From positions 1 through 39,407 of the forward strand of contig JBBSGX010000002.1 in the NCBI GenBank assembly GCA_038253685.1: a stretch of DNA of 39,407 nucleotides, in the 5' to 3' direction. Made by a program: the position numbers and the translations under genes. Below, in pieces: positions 16,612-24,753 of the stretch. Position 1 is the stretch's first letter. Each line of letters starts with the position of its first letter. Source of the DNA: Candidatus Limnocylindrales bacterium (GTDB lineage Bacteria > Chloroflexota > Limnocylindria > Limnocylindrales > CSP1-4). Under the pieces are notes generated by a model, which did no database searches, was not told the origin of the DNA, and was given only the letters and a program-made list of their open reading frames with translations.

Positions 16612-17697
16612 GTGGAGAGCGAGCGCCCGGACGCGGAGGCGGAAGAACTGCTGTCGCAGCCGCACCGGCGGTACAACCCCCTTGTCGACGAATGGGTCCT
16701 CGTGTCCACCGAGCGCACGCGGCGTCCATGGCAGGGACGCAGGGAGTCGCCACCGGATACGCAGCTCATGCCGTACGACCCGACGTGCTACCTGTGCCCC
16801 GGCAATACGCGCGCCAACGGCGAGGCCAACCCTGATTACGCAGGCACATTCGTCTTCACGAACGACTTCGCCGCGCTCCGCCCGGACACGTCTGACGCGC
16901 ACATCGAGCGCGGCCTCCTGCGGGCCGAGGGTGAACGGGGCACGTGTCGAGTGCTGTGCTTCTCGCCGCGCCACGACGTCAGCGTTGGCCAGCTGCCACC
17001 GGGCGACGTGCGCGGCGTCATCGACCTCTGGGCGGCGCAGACCGCGGAGCTCGGCAAGAACTATCGATGGGTCCAGGTCTTCGAGAACCGCGGCGCGACG
17101 ATGGGAGCATCGAACCCCCATCCGCACGGTCAGATATGGGCGGGCACCGCCCTTCCCCGCGAGGCCGCGCGTGAGGATGCCGGCCAGGAGCGGTACTGGC
17201 GGGAGAATGGGACGCCCCTGCTGATCGCCTACGCGGCGCAGGAGACCGGCGGCCCGAGGGTGATCGCCGAAAACGCGGACTGGCTGGTTGTCGTTCCGTT
17301 CTGGGCAGCCTGGCCATTCGAGACCCTCGTGGTTCCGAAGCGACCAGCGCAGTGGCTCCCCGATCTCGAAGATGCTCAGCGGGACAGCCTCGCAACGACC
17401 CTGATCGACCTCACGGGTCGCTACGACAACCTCTTCAACCTGCCGTTTCCGTACTCGATGGGCTGGCACCAGGCGCCATTCCAGGATGGCTCCGCGAAGC
17501 ACTGGCAGGTCCACGCGCACTTCTATCCGCCGCTCCTGCGATCCGCCAGCGTGCGCAAGTTCATGGTGGGGTACGAGCTGCTGGCGGAAACCCAGCGAGA
17601 CCTGAGCGCCGAAGAAGCGGCAGAGCGCCTGCGCGCGTCGTCGCCCGTGCACTACCGGCTGTCGCGGGCTGCAGGTGAGGGCCTGGCCCCGGTTTGA
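16612..17697 (+). CDS. galT: Galactose-1-phosphate uridylyltransferase (UDP-glucose--hexose-1-phosphate uridylyltransferase)
   Basis: HRRYNPLVDEWVLVSTERTRRPWQG, CYLCPGN (Zn site), SNPHPHGQIWA (HPH active site). ORF 16519..17697 trimmed to GTG 16612, just past the DeoR stop. Confidence 0.9.
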   Translation: MESERPDAEAEELLSQPHRRYNPLVDEWVLVSTERTRRPWQGRRESPPDTQLMPYDPTCYLCPGNTRANGEANPDYAGTFVFTNDFAALRPDTSDAHIERGLLRAEGERGTCRVLCFSPRHDVSVGQLPPGDVRGVIDLWAAQTAELGKNYRWVQVFENRGATMGASNPHPHGQIWAGTALPREAAREDAGQERYWRENGTPLLIAYAAQETGGPRVIAENADWLVVVPFWAAWPFETLVVPKRPAQWLPDLEDAQRDSLATTLIDLTGRYDNLFNLPFPYSMGWHQAPFQDGSAKHWQVHAHFYPPLLRSASVRKFMVGYELLAETQRDLSAEEAAERLRASSPVHYRLSRAAGEGLAPV

Positions 17698-17838
17698 GGC
17701 CAAGTCGCCCGGCCCAACCCGGGCAGGCCAGCCGCAGCGAGCGCGGGACGCGAGATTCGTCGTGCACGTTTATGCGTTCGCCAGGGTCGAGTCCCTACCC
17801 TGCGCGTCGTCGTTCATATGGGTCGCAGGAGATTTGCC

Positions 17839-18510
17839 ATGGCCACTCTCGACATGGACGCGTCGGGCACTGACGCGTCCTCAGGGGCGCCCATCCGCCT
17901 CGACGGCGCGGAGCTCACCGATCAGCGCCACGTGTGCGCGATGTTTCGCGACGAGGCCGAGCAGTACCGGCTTCTCCTGCCGTTCATCGCCGAGGGCCTT
18001 GAGGGTGGGGCACGTGCCTTCCACATCGTCGACCCGGGCCGTCGCGGCGCCCATCTGCAGCGCCTCCAGGCCGCCGGCATCGACGTCAACCACTGGATGG
18101 AGCGAGGCGCGCTCGAGGTGCGCACGTGGCCCGACGTCCACCTGATCGAGGGCCATTTCGACCAGGATCGGATGCTGGCGTTGATCCAGGAGGTCCTGCG
18201 CGCTGGCCGCCCCGCGTTTCCGCTGACCCGCTTCATCGCCAACATGGAATGGGCGCTGGAGGACGTGCCGGGCGTCGGCGACATCGTCGAGTACGAGACG
18301 CGTCTCAACGACGTGCTGCCGAACTACGCCATGGACCCGGTCATCTGCACGTACGACCTGGGGCGTTTCGGCGCCGGTGTGACGGTCGACATCCTGCGGA
18401 AGCACCCGGTTGCAGTCGTCGGCAGCACCCTGCACGAGAACCCGTTCTATATGGCGCCCGATGCCCTGCGCGCCGAGCTGCGCGAACGCGACCGACCGCC
18501 GGTTTCCTGA
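17839..18510 (+). CDS. MEDS domain-containing protein (stand-alone DcmR-type sensory domain)
   Basis: HVCAMFRDEAEQYRLLLPFIAEGLEGGARAFHIV...LTRFIANMEWALEDVPG...ICTYDLGRFGAGVTVDILRKHP matches the MEDS pattern as I remember it. Start at ATG 17839 with AGGAG 7 nt upstream. Confidence 0.7.
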   Translation: MATLDMDASGTDASSGAPIRLDGAELTDQRHVCAMFRDEAEQYRLLLPFIAEGLEGGARAFHIVDPGRRGAHLQRLQAAGIDVNHWMERGALEVRTWPDVHLIEGHFDQDRMLALIQEVLRAGRPAFPLTRFIANMEWALEDVPGVGDIVEYETRLNDVLPNYAMDPVICTYDLGRFGAGVTVDILRKHPVAVVGSTLHENPFYMAPDALRAELRERDRPPVS

Positions 18511-18528
18511 TGACCCGGTCGCTCCGCC

Positions 18529-19236
18529 ATGAACCTCGACCCTGCCGCGGCGACGCGCTGTGTGCGCGACCTGATTGCGCTGTCGGGTCTCGCTGCGGCG
18601 TGGGTCGACCAACCCGCCGAAGAAATCGGCAAGGGCCTCGCTGAGGCGCTCTGCCGGCTGGGTGGCGGCTGGGTCTACGTGCGGGTTCCGCGCGACGTCT
18701 CTGATGGTGGGCCCTTCACCTGCGGGATGGTCGACGGGCGGCCGGTCGATGCGAACGCGCTGGCGCTCGTCGAAGGCAGCCTGGGGGCTCTCGACGATGC
18801 CCCACGCTCGAGTGGCCCGGCAGGCTTCGATGATCCGCTCGGGACGGGCGCGATCGATCTGATCGTCGTGCCGCTTGGCATCGGAGGGGACCAGGGCGTC
18901 GTAGCGGTCGGGGCTACCCAATCGGACCTGCCGATCGAGGCGCTGCGCCTGCTGGTCGGGGTGGCGGGCAACCAGGCGGCGACCGCCCTCGCCAACGCGA
19001 AGCTCAACCGCGAGCGCAGCAACCTCATGCGCCACCTCGAGCACCTGGCCGCCGACCTCACCAAGGCGAATGCCATCAAGGACGAGCTTCTCGGGCTGGT
19101 GTCCCACGAGTTGCGGACGCCGCTCACCACCATCCTCGGCATGGCCGAGGTGCTGCGCCGCCGCCTTGCCTCGGACGTCCTCGCTTCCGGCCCCTGGAGG
19201 ACATTGCGGCCGAGACGGACCGCCTCACGCGCCTGA
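18529..19236 (+). CDS. Sensor histidine kinase, N-terminal segment (uncharacterised soluble sensor region plus HisKA H-box). The frame is lost near 19192.
   Basis: No TM segments. KDELLGLVSHELRTPLTTILGMAEVLRRRL is a canonical H-box. The tail after ...LASGP (WRTLRPRRTASRA) has no homology. Confidence 0.8.
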   Translation: MNLDPAAATRCVRDLIALSGLAAAWVDQPAEEIGKGLAEALCRLGGGWVYVRVPRDVSDGGPFTCGMVDGRPVDANALALVEGSLGALDDAPRSSGPAGFDDPLGTGAIDLIVVPLGIGGDQGVVAVGATQSDLPIEALRLLVGVAGNQAATALANAKLNRERSNLMRHLEHLAADLTKANAIKDELLGLVSHELRTPLTTILGMAEVLRRRLASDVLASGPWRTLRPRRTASRA

Positions 19237-19865
19237 TCGAGAACATGCTGGTCCTCGCTCGTGTCGGGGAGGATCAGAAGAGCGACCAGAAAGGCGCGGT
19301 CGAGCCCGTGCTTCTCCAGCGGGTTCTCCCCAGGCAGACCACGGACGCGCGTCGCCGGCACCCGTCGCGCGAGATCCTCCTGGCCATGGACGCGAACATG
19401 CCGCCGGTGCTCGCGCAGCCAACGTACGTCGACCAGATCGTCTACAACCTCATCACCAACGCCGCCAAGTACAGCCGTCCGGGCACCCCCATCGAGGTCG
19501 TGGCGCAGCAGCAGGAAAGCTCAGTCGAGATCGTGGTGCGAGACCGCGGAGAGCCGATGGATCGGGCGGAGCTGGAACAGTTCTTCGAGCCGTTCTTCCG
19601 CTCGTCGCGTGCGCGCTACGTGTCCGGGGCGGGTCTCGGCCTGACCGTGTGCCGCCGGCTGGTGGAGGCGCAGTCGGGACGGATCTGGGCGAAGCAGCGC
19701 GACGGTGGCGGCCTCGAGATCGGCTTCTCGCTGCCGGTCGCGGAGGAGGAGACGGAAGACCGGGTCGCGGTGCCCCTCAAGTCGTCTCGGGCCCCCGCCA
19801 GTGCCGCCGCCCACGCATCGCCTGGAGTCCGACCGAGGCCAGAGCGCGCCGAGATCACCGGCTGA
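19194..19865 (+). CDS. Sensor histidine kinase, C-terminal segment (end of the dimerisation helix plus HATPase_c), in the -1 frame relative to 18529..19236
   Basis: My translation from 19194: LEDIAAETDRLTRLIENMLVLARV..., then the N-box YNLITNAAKYS, VRDRGEPM, FEPFFR and GAGLGLTVCRRLVEAQSGRIWA (G2 box). The ORF track only lists 19245..19865. Confidence 0.8.
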   Translation: MEDIAAETDRLTRLIENMLVLARVGEDQKSDQKGAVEPVLLQRVLPRQTTDARRRHPSREILLAMDANMPPVLAQPTYVDQIVYNLITNAAKYSRPGTPIEVVAQQQESSVEIVVRDRGEPMDRAELEQFFEPFFRSSRARYVSGAGLGLTVCRRLVEAQSGRIWAKQRDGGGLEIGFSLPVAEEETEDRVAVPLKSSRAPASAAAHASPGVRPRPERAEITG

Positions 19866-19874
19866 AAGAAGGAG

Positions 19875-19950
19875 TGGAGCGGGAGACGGGACTCGAACCC
19901 GCGACATTCTGCTTGGAAGGCAGACGCTCCACCAACTGAGCTACTCCCGC
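19875..19950 (-). tRNA. tRNA-Gly: tRNA-Gly (anticodon UCC), 76 nt, CCA encoded
   Basis: Minus strand: GCGGGAG TA GCTC AGTTGGTG GAGC G TCTGC CTTCCAA GCAGA ATGTC GCGGG TTCGAGT CCCGT CTCCCGC T CCA. All four stems pair, the T-loop is TTCGAGT, and the discriminator is U. Confidence 0.95.
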
Positions 19951-19960
19951 TCGCCACCAG

Positions 19961-19966
19961 ATCGTA
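19961..19966 (-). promoter_or_regulatory. Putative -10 box TACGAT, 10 nt upstream of the tRNA-Gly 5' end
   Basis: Minus strand: TACGAT-ctggtggcga-GCGGGAG. Confidence 0.3.
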
Positions 19967-19984
19967 GCCGAGTCTGCCAGCGGC

Positions 19985-19990
19985 TAGCAT
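19985..19990 (+). promoter_or_regulatory. Putative -10 box TAGCAT, 8 nt upstream of ATG 19999 (leaderless thioesterase start)
   Basis: TAGCAT-gcgcgacg-ATG with no SD. Confidence 0.35.
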
Positions 19991-19998
19991 GCGCGACG

Positions 19999-20472
19999 AT
20001 GACGAGCCCACCGACCGAGCCGATCTCCGACGACTTCGCGCACGTCTACGCGGACTTCGAGCTCCAGGGCTTCATGGGGCTCACCGGCGCCACGTTCCGG
20101 GTGATCGGGCCGGGCCGCACGGAGCTGCGCATCCCGTTCCGGCCGGAGCTTGCCCAGCAGCACGGTTATTTCCATGGCGCGATGAGCGGCGCGGCCGCGG
20201 ACGTTGCCTGCGGCTACGCGGCGCTCAGCGTCCTGCCACCGGGTTCCAGCGTCCTCGCCGTCGACTACAGCATCCAGTTCCTGGAACCGGCGCTCGGGGA
20301 GGAGCTGATCGCGCGGGGCGAGGTGCTGCGCGCCGGGAAGCGGCTGGTCGCCTGTCGGGCGGACGTGCTGGTCGTTCGGGATGGGCAGGAGCATCTGTCG
20401 GCGGTCGTCCTCGAAAGGGTCAGCGGCAGGCGGCCACGGAGCGACGCCGCGACCGGCGGCGAGCCAGGGTGA
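19999..20472 (+). CDS. PaaI-family (hotdog-fold) thioesterase
   Basis: Within ORF 19705..20472, whose upstream part overlaps the tRNA. GFMGLTGATFRVIGPGRTELRIPFRPELAQQHGYFHGAMSGAAADVACGYA...LVACRADV is the typical PaaI/4HBT pattern. Confidence 0.8.
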   Translation: MTSPPTEPISDDFAHVYADFELQGFMGLTGATFRVIGPGRTELRIPFRPELAQQHGYFHGAMSGAAADVACGYAALSVLPPGSSVLAVDYSIQFLEPALGEELIARGEVLRAGKRLVACRADVLVVRDGQEHLSAVVLERVSGRRPRSDAATGGEPG

Positions 20473-21017
20473 CGAGCATCCACGTGCTCCATGCCGGTTA
20501 CGCCGACGACCGGGTCGCCAGCACGGTCACCCTGATCCGCGACGGGGACGCCCTGATCGTCGCCGACCCCGGCATGGTCGGCGACCGCGCGGCGATCCTC
20601 GACCCGCTCCGCGCACTCGGTGTCGCTCCGGAGAACGTGACCCACGTCTTCCTGACGCACCACCATCCCGACCACACCATCAACGTCGCCCTCTTCCCGA
20701 ATGCCGAGGTCGTCGACTTCTGGGCGCGCTATCGGGGCGACGAATGGCTCGACCACGACGGAGACGGCTACGGGCTCTCCCCGAACTGCCAGCTCTGGCT
20801 CACGCCCGGCCACACGGCGGAGGACGCCACCCTGATCGTGCGCGCGGACGATGCCGTCTATGCGATCACGCATCTCTGGTGGCGCGGCGACCGCTCCCCG
20901 GACATGGATCCGCTGGCGGACGACCAGGCCGAGCTCGAGCGCAACCGCGCCCGCGTCCTGGAGGCCGCCGACATCGTGATTCCCGGCCACGGCCAGCCGT
21001 TTCCGACACGGGGCTGA
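20469..21017 (+). CDS. Small MBL-fold metallo-hydrolase
   Basis: Within ORF 19989..21017. GTG 20469 overlaps the thioesterase stop (GTGA). LIVADPG, FLTHHHPDHTINV (HxHxDH), TPGHTAED, IPGHGQPF. Confidence 0.85.
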   Translation: MTSIHVLHAGYADDRVASTVTLIRDGDALIVADPGMVGDRAAILDPLRALGVAPENVTHVFLTHHHPDHTINVALFPNAEVVDFWARYRGDEWLDHDGDGYGLSPNCQLWLTPGHTAEDATLIVRADDAVYAITHLWWRGDRSPDMDPLADDQAELERNRARVLEAADIVIPGHGQPFPTRG

Positions 21018-21147
21018 AAAGCCTCTCCAGAGCTCCGATCGCAGCTCAAAACGAGGACGTTCGACCGGTCCGGGCCCGTCCATCCGGACCATCGGCTGGC
21101 GGGGTCAGGGGCGAAACGTCATGCGGCGGCTCGGCACTCGCCGGCAC

Positions 21148-21153
21148 TAGGCT
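21148..21153 (+). promoter_or_regulatory. Putative -10 box TAGGCT, 7 nt upstream of ATG 21161 (leaderless DUF1800 start)
   Basis: TAGGCT-gcaggcc-ATG. There is no in-frame ATG/GTG/TTG between 21018 and 21161. Confidence 0.35.
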
Positions 21154-21160
21154 GCAGGCC

Positions 21161-22390
21161 ATGGCCACCGTTACCACCAACGCCCAGGTCGCCCACCTGC
21201 TGCGTCGCACCAGCTTCGGGCCGCTGCCCGGGCAGGTGGACAAGCTGACCAGGCTCGGCATCCAGGGCGCGATCGACCGCGTCCTGGCAGCGACGCCATT
21301 GCCCGTCGTCGCGCCCGATCTGTCCGACGACTCGTCCGACGAACCGGTCCGCTGGTGGCTCGGAATGATGGCCGACGCCAGGGCGGGCCTCCACGAGAAG
21401 ATGACCTGGTTCTGGCACGGTCACCTCACGATCAGCCACAGCAAGGTCTTCTGGTGGAACGTCGAGTGGCCTGCTCATCTCATCCAGCGGCAGCACGCGC
21501 TCGGCAGCTTCCGCCAGATGCTCAGGCAGCTGACCATCTCGCCCGGGATGCTGCTCTACCTCGATGGAGACTGGTCGACCGTCCAGGGCCCCAACGAGAA
21601 CTACGCCCGCGAGCTCCAGGAGCTCTTCACCATTGGCCAGGCGAACGTCGTTCAGGACAACGTGTCCAACGGCGCTCTCGCACTCGCCGGCTGGCATGTC
21701 GATTGGGACCTGGGCACGAGTGTCTTCATCGACGAGGACTGGTCCCGGCTCGACCACAAGGTTCCCTTCCTCGGCAAGCAGGTGTGGCGCTATGACGATG
21801 TGGTCGATGCAGCGTGTGATCACCAGGCGATGGCGGGCTTCGTCGCGGCGAAGATCTGGTACTACCTCGTGGGCGTCACTCCCTCACCGTCCAGGCAGGC
21901 AAGCCTGGCGACCTTCTACCGCTCCCATGGCCTGGACACGAGGGCCCTCGTCGCGCATATCCTGCGCGACCCCGTCTTTCTCCAGAAGCGCCTGAACCGT
22001 CCGCGCTACCCCGTCGAGTGGGTCACCGCCGCCATGGCCGCGATGGGCATCTCGGACCACCGCCAGACCGCGGTCGACCAGCTCTGGCAGATGGGCCAAT
22101 TGCCGTTCTACCCGCCGTCCGTCGCCGGCTGGCCGGTTGGCCTGCGCTGGCTGAGCCCGAGCCTGGCACTGGCACGCGCGGCACTGGCGGTCGACTCCGT
22201 CGCGATCCAGAAGGTGGCCGACGCCGCTGACCCTGTGGCCGCAGCCCTGCATCGCTGCTCGATGTTCGAGGTCAGCGCGCAGACGCGAAAGGCCTTGAAC
22301 CAGGCCAAGGCCTCCATGACCAACAAGACCAAACGAGCAGCCGTGTTGCTCGCGCTCAGCCTCGCCAGCCCGGAGTTTGCGCTCGCATGA
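21161..22390 (+). CDS. DUF1800 domain-containing protein
   Basis: Within ORF 20381..22390. AHLLRRTSFGP, LHEKMTWFWHGHL, PGMLLYLDG, NENYARELQELFTIG are hallmark DUF1800 strings as I remember them. No N-terminal signal peptide. Confidence 0.8.
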   Translation: MATVTTNAQVAHLLRRTSFGPLPGQVDKLTRLGIQGAIDRVLAATPLPVVAPDLSDDSSDEPVRWWLGMMADARAGLHEKMTWFWHGHLTISHSKVFWWNVEWPAHLIQRQHALGSFRQMLRQLTISPGMLLYLDGDWSTVQGPNENYARELQELFTIGQANVVQDNVSNGALALAGWHVDWDLGTSVFIDEDWSRLDHKVPFLGKQVWRYDDVVDAACDHQAMAGFVAAKIWYYLVGVTPSPSRQASLATFYRSHGLDTRALVAHILRDPVFLQKRLNRPRYPVEWVTAAMAAMGISDHRQTAVDQLWQMGQLPFYPPSVAGWPVGLRWLSPSLALARAALAVDSVAIQKVADAADPVAAALHRCSMFEVSAQTRKALNQAKASMTNKTKRAAVLLALSLASPEFALA

Positions 22391-23664
22391 AGATCATCGA
22401 TCGACGCCGGTTCCTCCAGATGGGCCTGGCCGCTGGCGCCGGCGTGGCCGCGGCGACCACCTTTGGACCGGGCATGGTGCGCGCCGCAGATCGCGGGCCG
22501 GCGGTTGCTCGCCTTCCCGCCCGGACCAGAATCTCGGCGGCTCCGCTTGCGAAGCGGCGCATGGTCGTGCTGGACATGGCGGGCGGAAACGACGGCCTTT
22601 CGTGCTTCCCGCCCAAGGGCATCGCCGGAAACACGTATCGCGCACTGCGTCCGCGGACCTTCATCCCCGAGTCGGACATGCTCGATCTCTCGAGCTGGGG
22701 GAGCAGCACGGTCGGCATGCATCCGAAGCTCACCAGGGTCCACGCCCGCGGCGCGGCCGTGATCCAGGGTGTCGGCGTGGTCAAGCCCGACCTGTCCCAC
22801 TTCGAGATGCTGCGTCGCTGGTGGGCCGGCGACCAGGACAGCCTCCATAACTCGGCCACCGGCTTCCTCGGTCGGATCTGCGATGTCATCGGCGACCCGA
22901 CGGCCCCGGCGGTCGGACTGTCGCTCGGCTATGGCCCCAGCCCCTCACTGAACTCGGCCAGTGTCGTGACGATGTCCATGGATCCCTACAGCGACGGCAG
23001 CTTTCCGACCTTCGACGACATCAGCATGCACCGCGCCTGGGTCGCGGCCTGGAAGACCATGGCCGAGCGCCAGAGCACCGAGACGGTGCCGTTCTGCTCG
23101 GCTCGCGATGGCGCCGCATACGCCAAACGCTTCAGCGACCTGGCCACCCGCCTGCCGGACCCCGGAACCGGCTACCCCAGCACGGACCTTGGCTATCAGA
23201 TGATGCTGGCTGCCCGGATCTGCGCCCAGGACAACGGCATCCGCATCGTCCACATTCCAGTCTTCGAGGACTTCGACACCCACGACGACCACCTGGGCCG
23301 GCACGCCGCCGTGCTCCAGGACGTCGACACGGCCATCGATGCCTTCCTGACCGACCTTGCACTGCGCGGCATCCAGGACCAGGTGCTCCTGGTGTCCACG
23401 TCCGAGTTCGGACGCCGCGTGCCGGACAACGAGTCCAACGGCCTTGACCACGGCGCGGGCTCGTTCGTGATGCTGATGGGCCCGGTCAACCCCGGCCTCT
23501 ATGGCGCGTACCCGGACCTCGCGTCCCTCGATCGCGACGACAACCTGGTCGCCACCGTCCATATGAACGACTACTACGCGACGATGGCCGAGGGCTGGTT
23601 CGGGGTCCCCACCTCGGACGTGCTGAGTGGCGGAACCCCGCTGAGCGGCATCTTCACCGCGTAA
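22387..23664 (+). CDS. DUF1501 domain-containing protein (sulfatase/phosphatase-like fold) with a twin-arginine signal
   Basis: MKIIDRRRFLQMGLAAGAGVAAATTFGPGMVRAA (Tat motif RRRFLQ). DLSHFEM, FDTHDDH, SEFGRRV..N...GLDHG are typical DUF1501 strings. ATG overlaps the DUF1800 stop (ATGA). Confidence 0.85.
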   Translation: MKIIDRRRFLQMGLAAGAGVAAATTFGPGMVRAADRGPAVARLPARTRISAAPLAKRRMVVLDMAGGNDGLSCFPPKGIAGNTYRALRPRTFIPESDMLDLSSWGSSTVGMHPKLTRVHARGAAVIQGVGVVKPDLSHFEMLRRWWAGDQDSLHNSATGFLGRICDVIGDPTAPAVGLSLGYGPSPSLNSASVVTMSMDPYSDGSFPTFDDISMHRAWVAAWKTMAERQSTETVPFCSARDGAAYAKRFSDLATRLPDPGTGYPSTDLGYQMMLAARICAQDNGIRIVHIPVFEDFDTHDDHLGRHAAVLQDVDTAIDAFLTDLALRGIQDQVLLVSTSEFGRRVPDNESNGLDHGAGSFVMLMGPVNPGLYGAYPDLASLDRDDNLVATVHMNDYYATMAEGWFGVPTSDVLSGGTPLSGIFTA

Positions 23665-23699
23665 CTTCCGCGGGGCGCATGCCGCCGGGCTCGCGGCGC

Positions 23700-23705
23700 T
23701 ACGGT
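23700..23705 (+). promoter_or_regulatory. Putative -10 box TACGGT, 6 nt upstream of ATG 23712
   Basis: TACGGT-tcgggc-ATG. It favours the 23712 start over ATG 23679. Confidence 0.3.
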
Positions 23706-23711
23706 TCGGGC

Positions 23712-24620
23712 ATGAACCATGGCCCTTCCGCAACCGTTCGGCTTGTCGCACCGCTCGATATCCCGCGTTCCCTGGCAGGACTCGATCTCTGGGGGGACGA
23801 CCGTGTCGATCGCTGGGATGGTCGCCGCTGGCTGCGGGCGTGGCGTCTGGACGAGCGCTGGGTCGCGGTCCGGGCAGTGCCGATCGGGGACATTGACGAC
23901 CCCGCGCTGCAGGTGACGGCAGCGGCACCCGACCTTGAGCGGGCGCGCGTGGCTGTCGCGCGGGCATTCGCAGGATCCGCAGACGCGAACGCCGCCCTGA
24001 CCGGGCTCATCAAGGCGGATCCGGCCGTGGCGGCGGCCGATCGTCGCTTTCACGGCGTGCGGCCACTTCTCCAGGCGGATCCCTTCACCGCGCTGATCCG
24101 GGCGATCAGCGCACAGCAGGTGAACCTCCGGTGGGCGGCAGAGATCCGGAAACGCCTGGCCCTGACCTATGGAGACGCGCTGCCGATCGAAGGCGAGGAC
24201 GTGCACGTGCTGGATCCCGTGCGGCTGGCCAGAGCGACGGTCGACGAATTGCGTGCGCTCCAGCTCACGCGCGCCAAGTCGGCGTCGGTGATCGAGGTGG
24301 CGCAGGCGGCCGTTGAGGGGCGCCTCGACGCGGAGGAGCTGGCCACGCTCGAGGACGAGGCGCTGATCGAGAGGCTCGTGGTGTTGCGCGGCATCGGGCG
24401 CTGGAGCGCGGAGTGGTTCCTGGCGCGCACCATGGGAAGGCCGCGGGTCGTTGCCGGTGATCTCGGCGTGCGCAAGGCCGTCGGCCGAGCCTATTTCTCG
24501 GGGCGCCTCCCGTCCGAGGCCGAGGTTCGCATCGCGACCGCCCACTGGGGGGCTGCCGCCGGGATCGCCCAGCAGCTTCTCCTCCACACCCCCGTCGAGG
24601 GCGAATTGCGACCGAGGTAG
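23712..24620 (+). CDS. alkA: DNA-3-methyladenine glycosylase II family protein (AlkA-like, HhH-GPD)
   Basis: DPFTALIRAISAQQVNLRWAAEIRKRL, LVVLRGIGRWSAEWFLARTMGRPRVVAGDLGVRKA (HhH-GPD motif with catalytic Asp). ATG 23679 is an alternative start. Confidence 0.85.
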   Translation: MNHGPSATVRLVAPLDIPRSLAGLDLWGDDRVDRWDGRRWLRAWRLDERWVAVRAVPIGDIDDPALQVTAAAPDLERARVAVARAFAGSADANAALTGLIKADPAVAAADRRFHGVRPLLQADPFTALIRAISAQQVNLRWAAEIRKRLALTYGDALPIEGEDVHVLDPVRLARATVDELRALQLTRAKSASVIEVAQAAVEGRLDAEELATLEDEALIERLVVLRGIGRWSAEWFLARTMGRPRVVAGDLGVRKAVGRAYFSGRLPSEAEVRIATAHWGAAAGIAQQLLLHTPVEGELRPR

Positions 24621-24753
24621 CATCGTCGCGGGATACAGTCTGTATCGCTATGCAGCGCAGGGGAACGCCGGCGGGTTCTTCGACCAGACGACGCTGCAGG
24701 GAGCGTTCAAGGTCAAGCGCTGAGGCCGGCACGGCGCGCAGCGTGGGACGCGG

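Noticed and set aside
17707-17724. Hairpin GCCCGG-cccaac-CCGGGC after galT, and GGTCCGG-N10-CCGGACC (about 21067-21090) after the MBL hydrolase, as intrinsic terminators.
   Set aside because: The stems are short (6-7 bp) and have no U-rich tail. They are plausible but too weak to list as features.
19875-21017. tRNA-Gly as the boundary of an integrated genomic island.
   Set aside because: There is no integrase, recombinase or phage gene on either side. I could not find a direct repeat of the tRNA 3' end, and the flanking genes look like ordinary metabolism and signalling genes.
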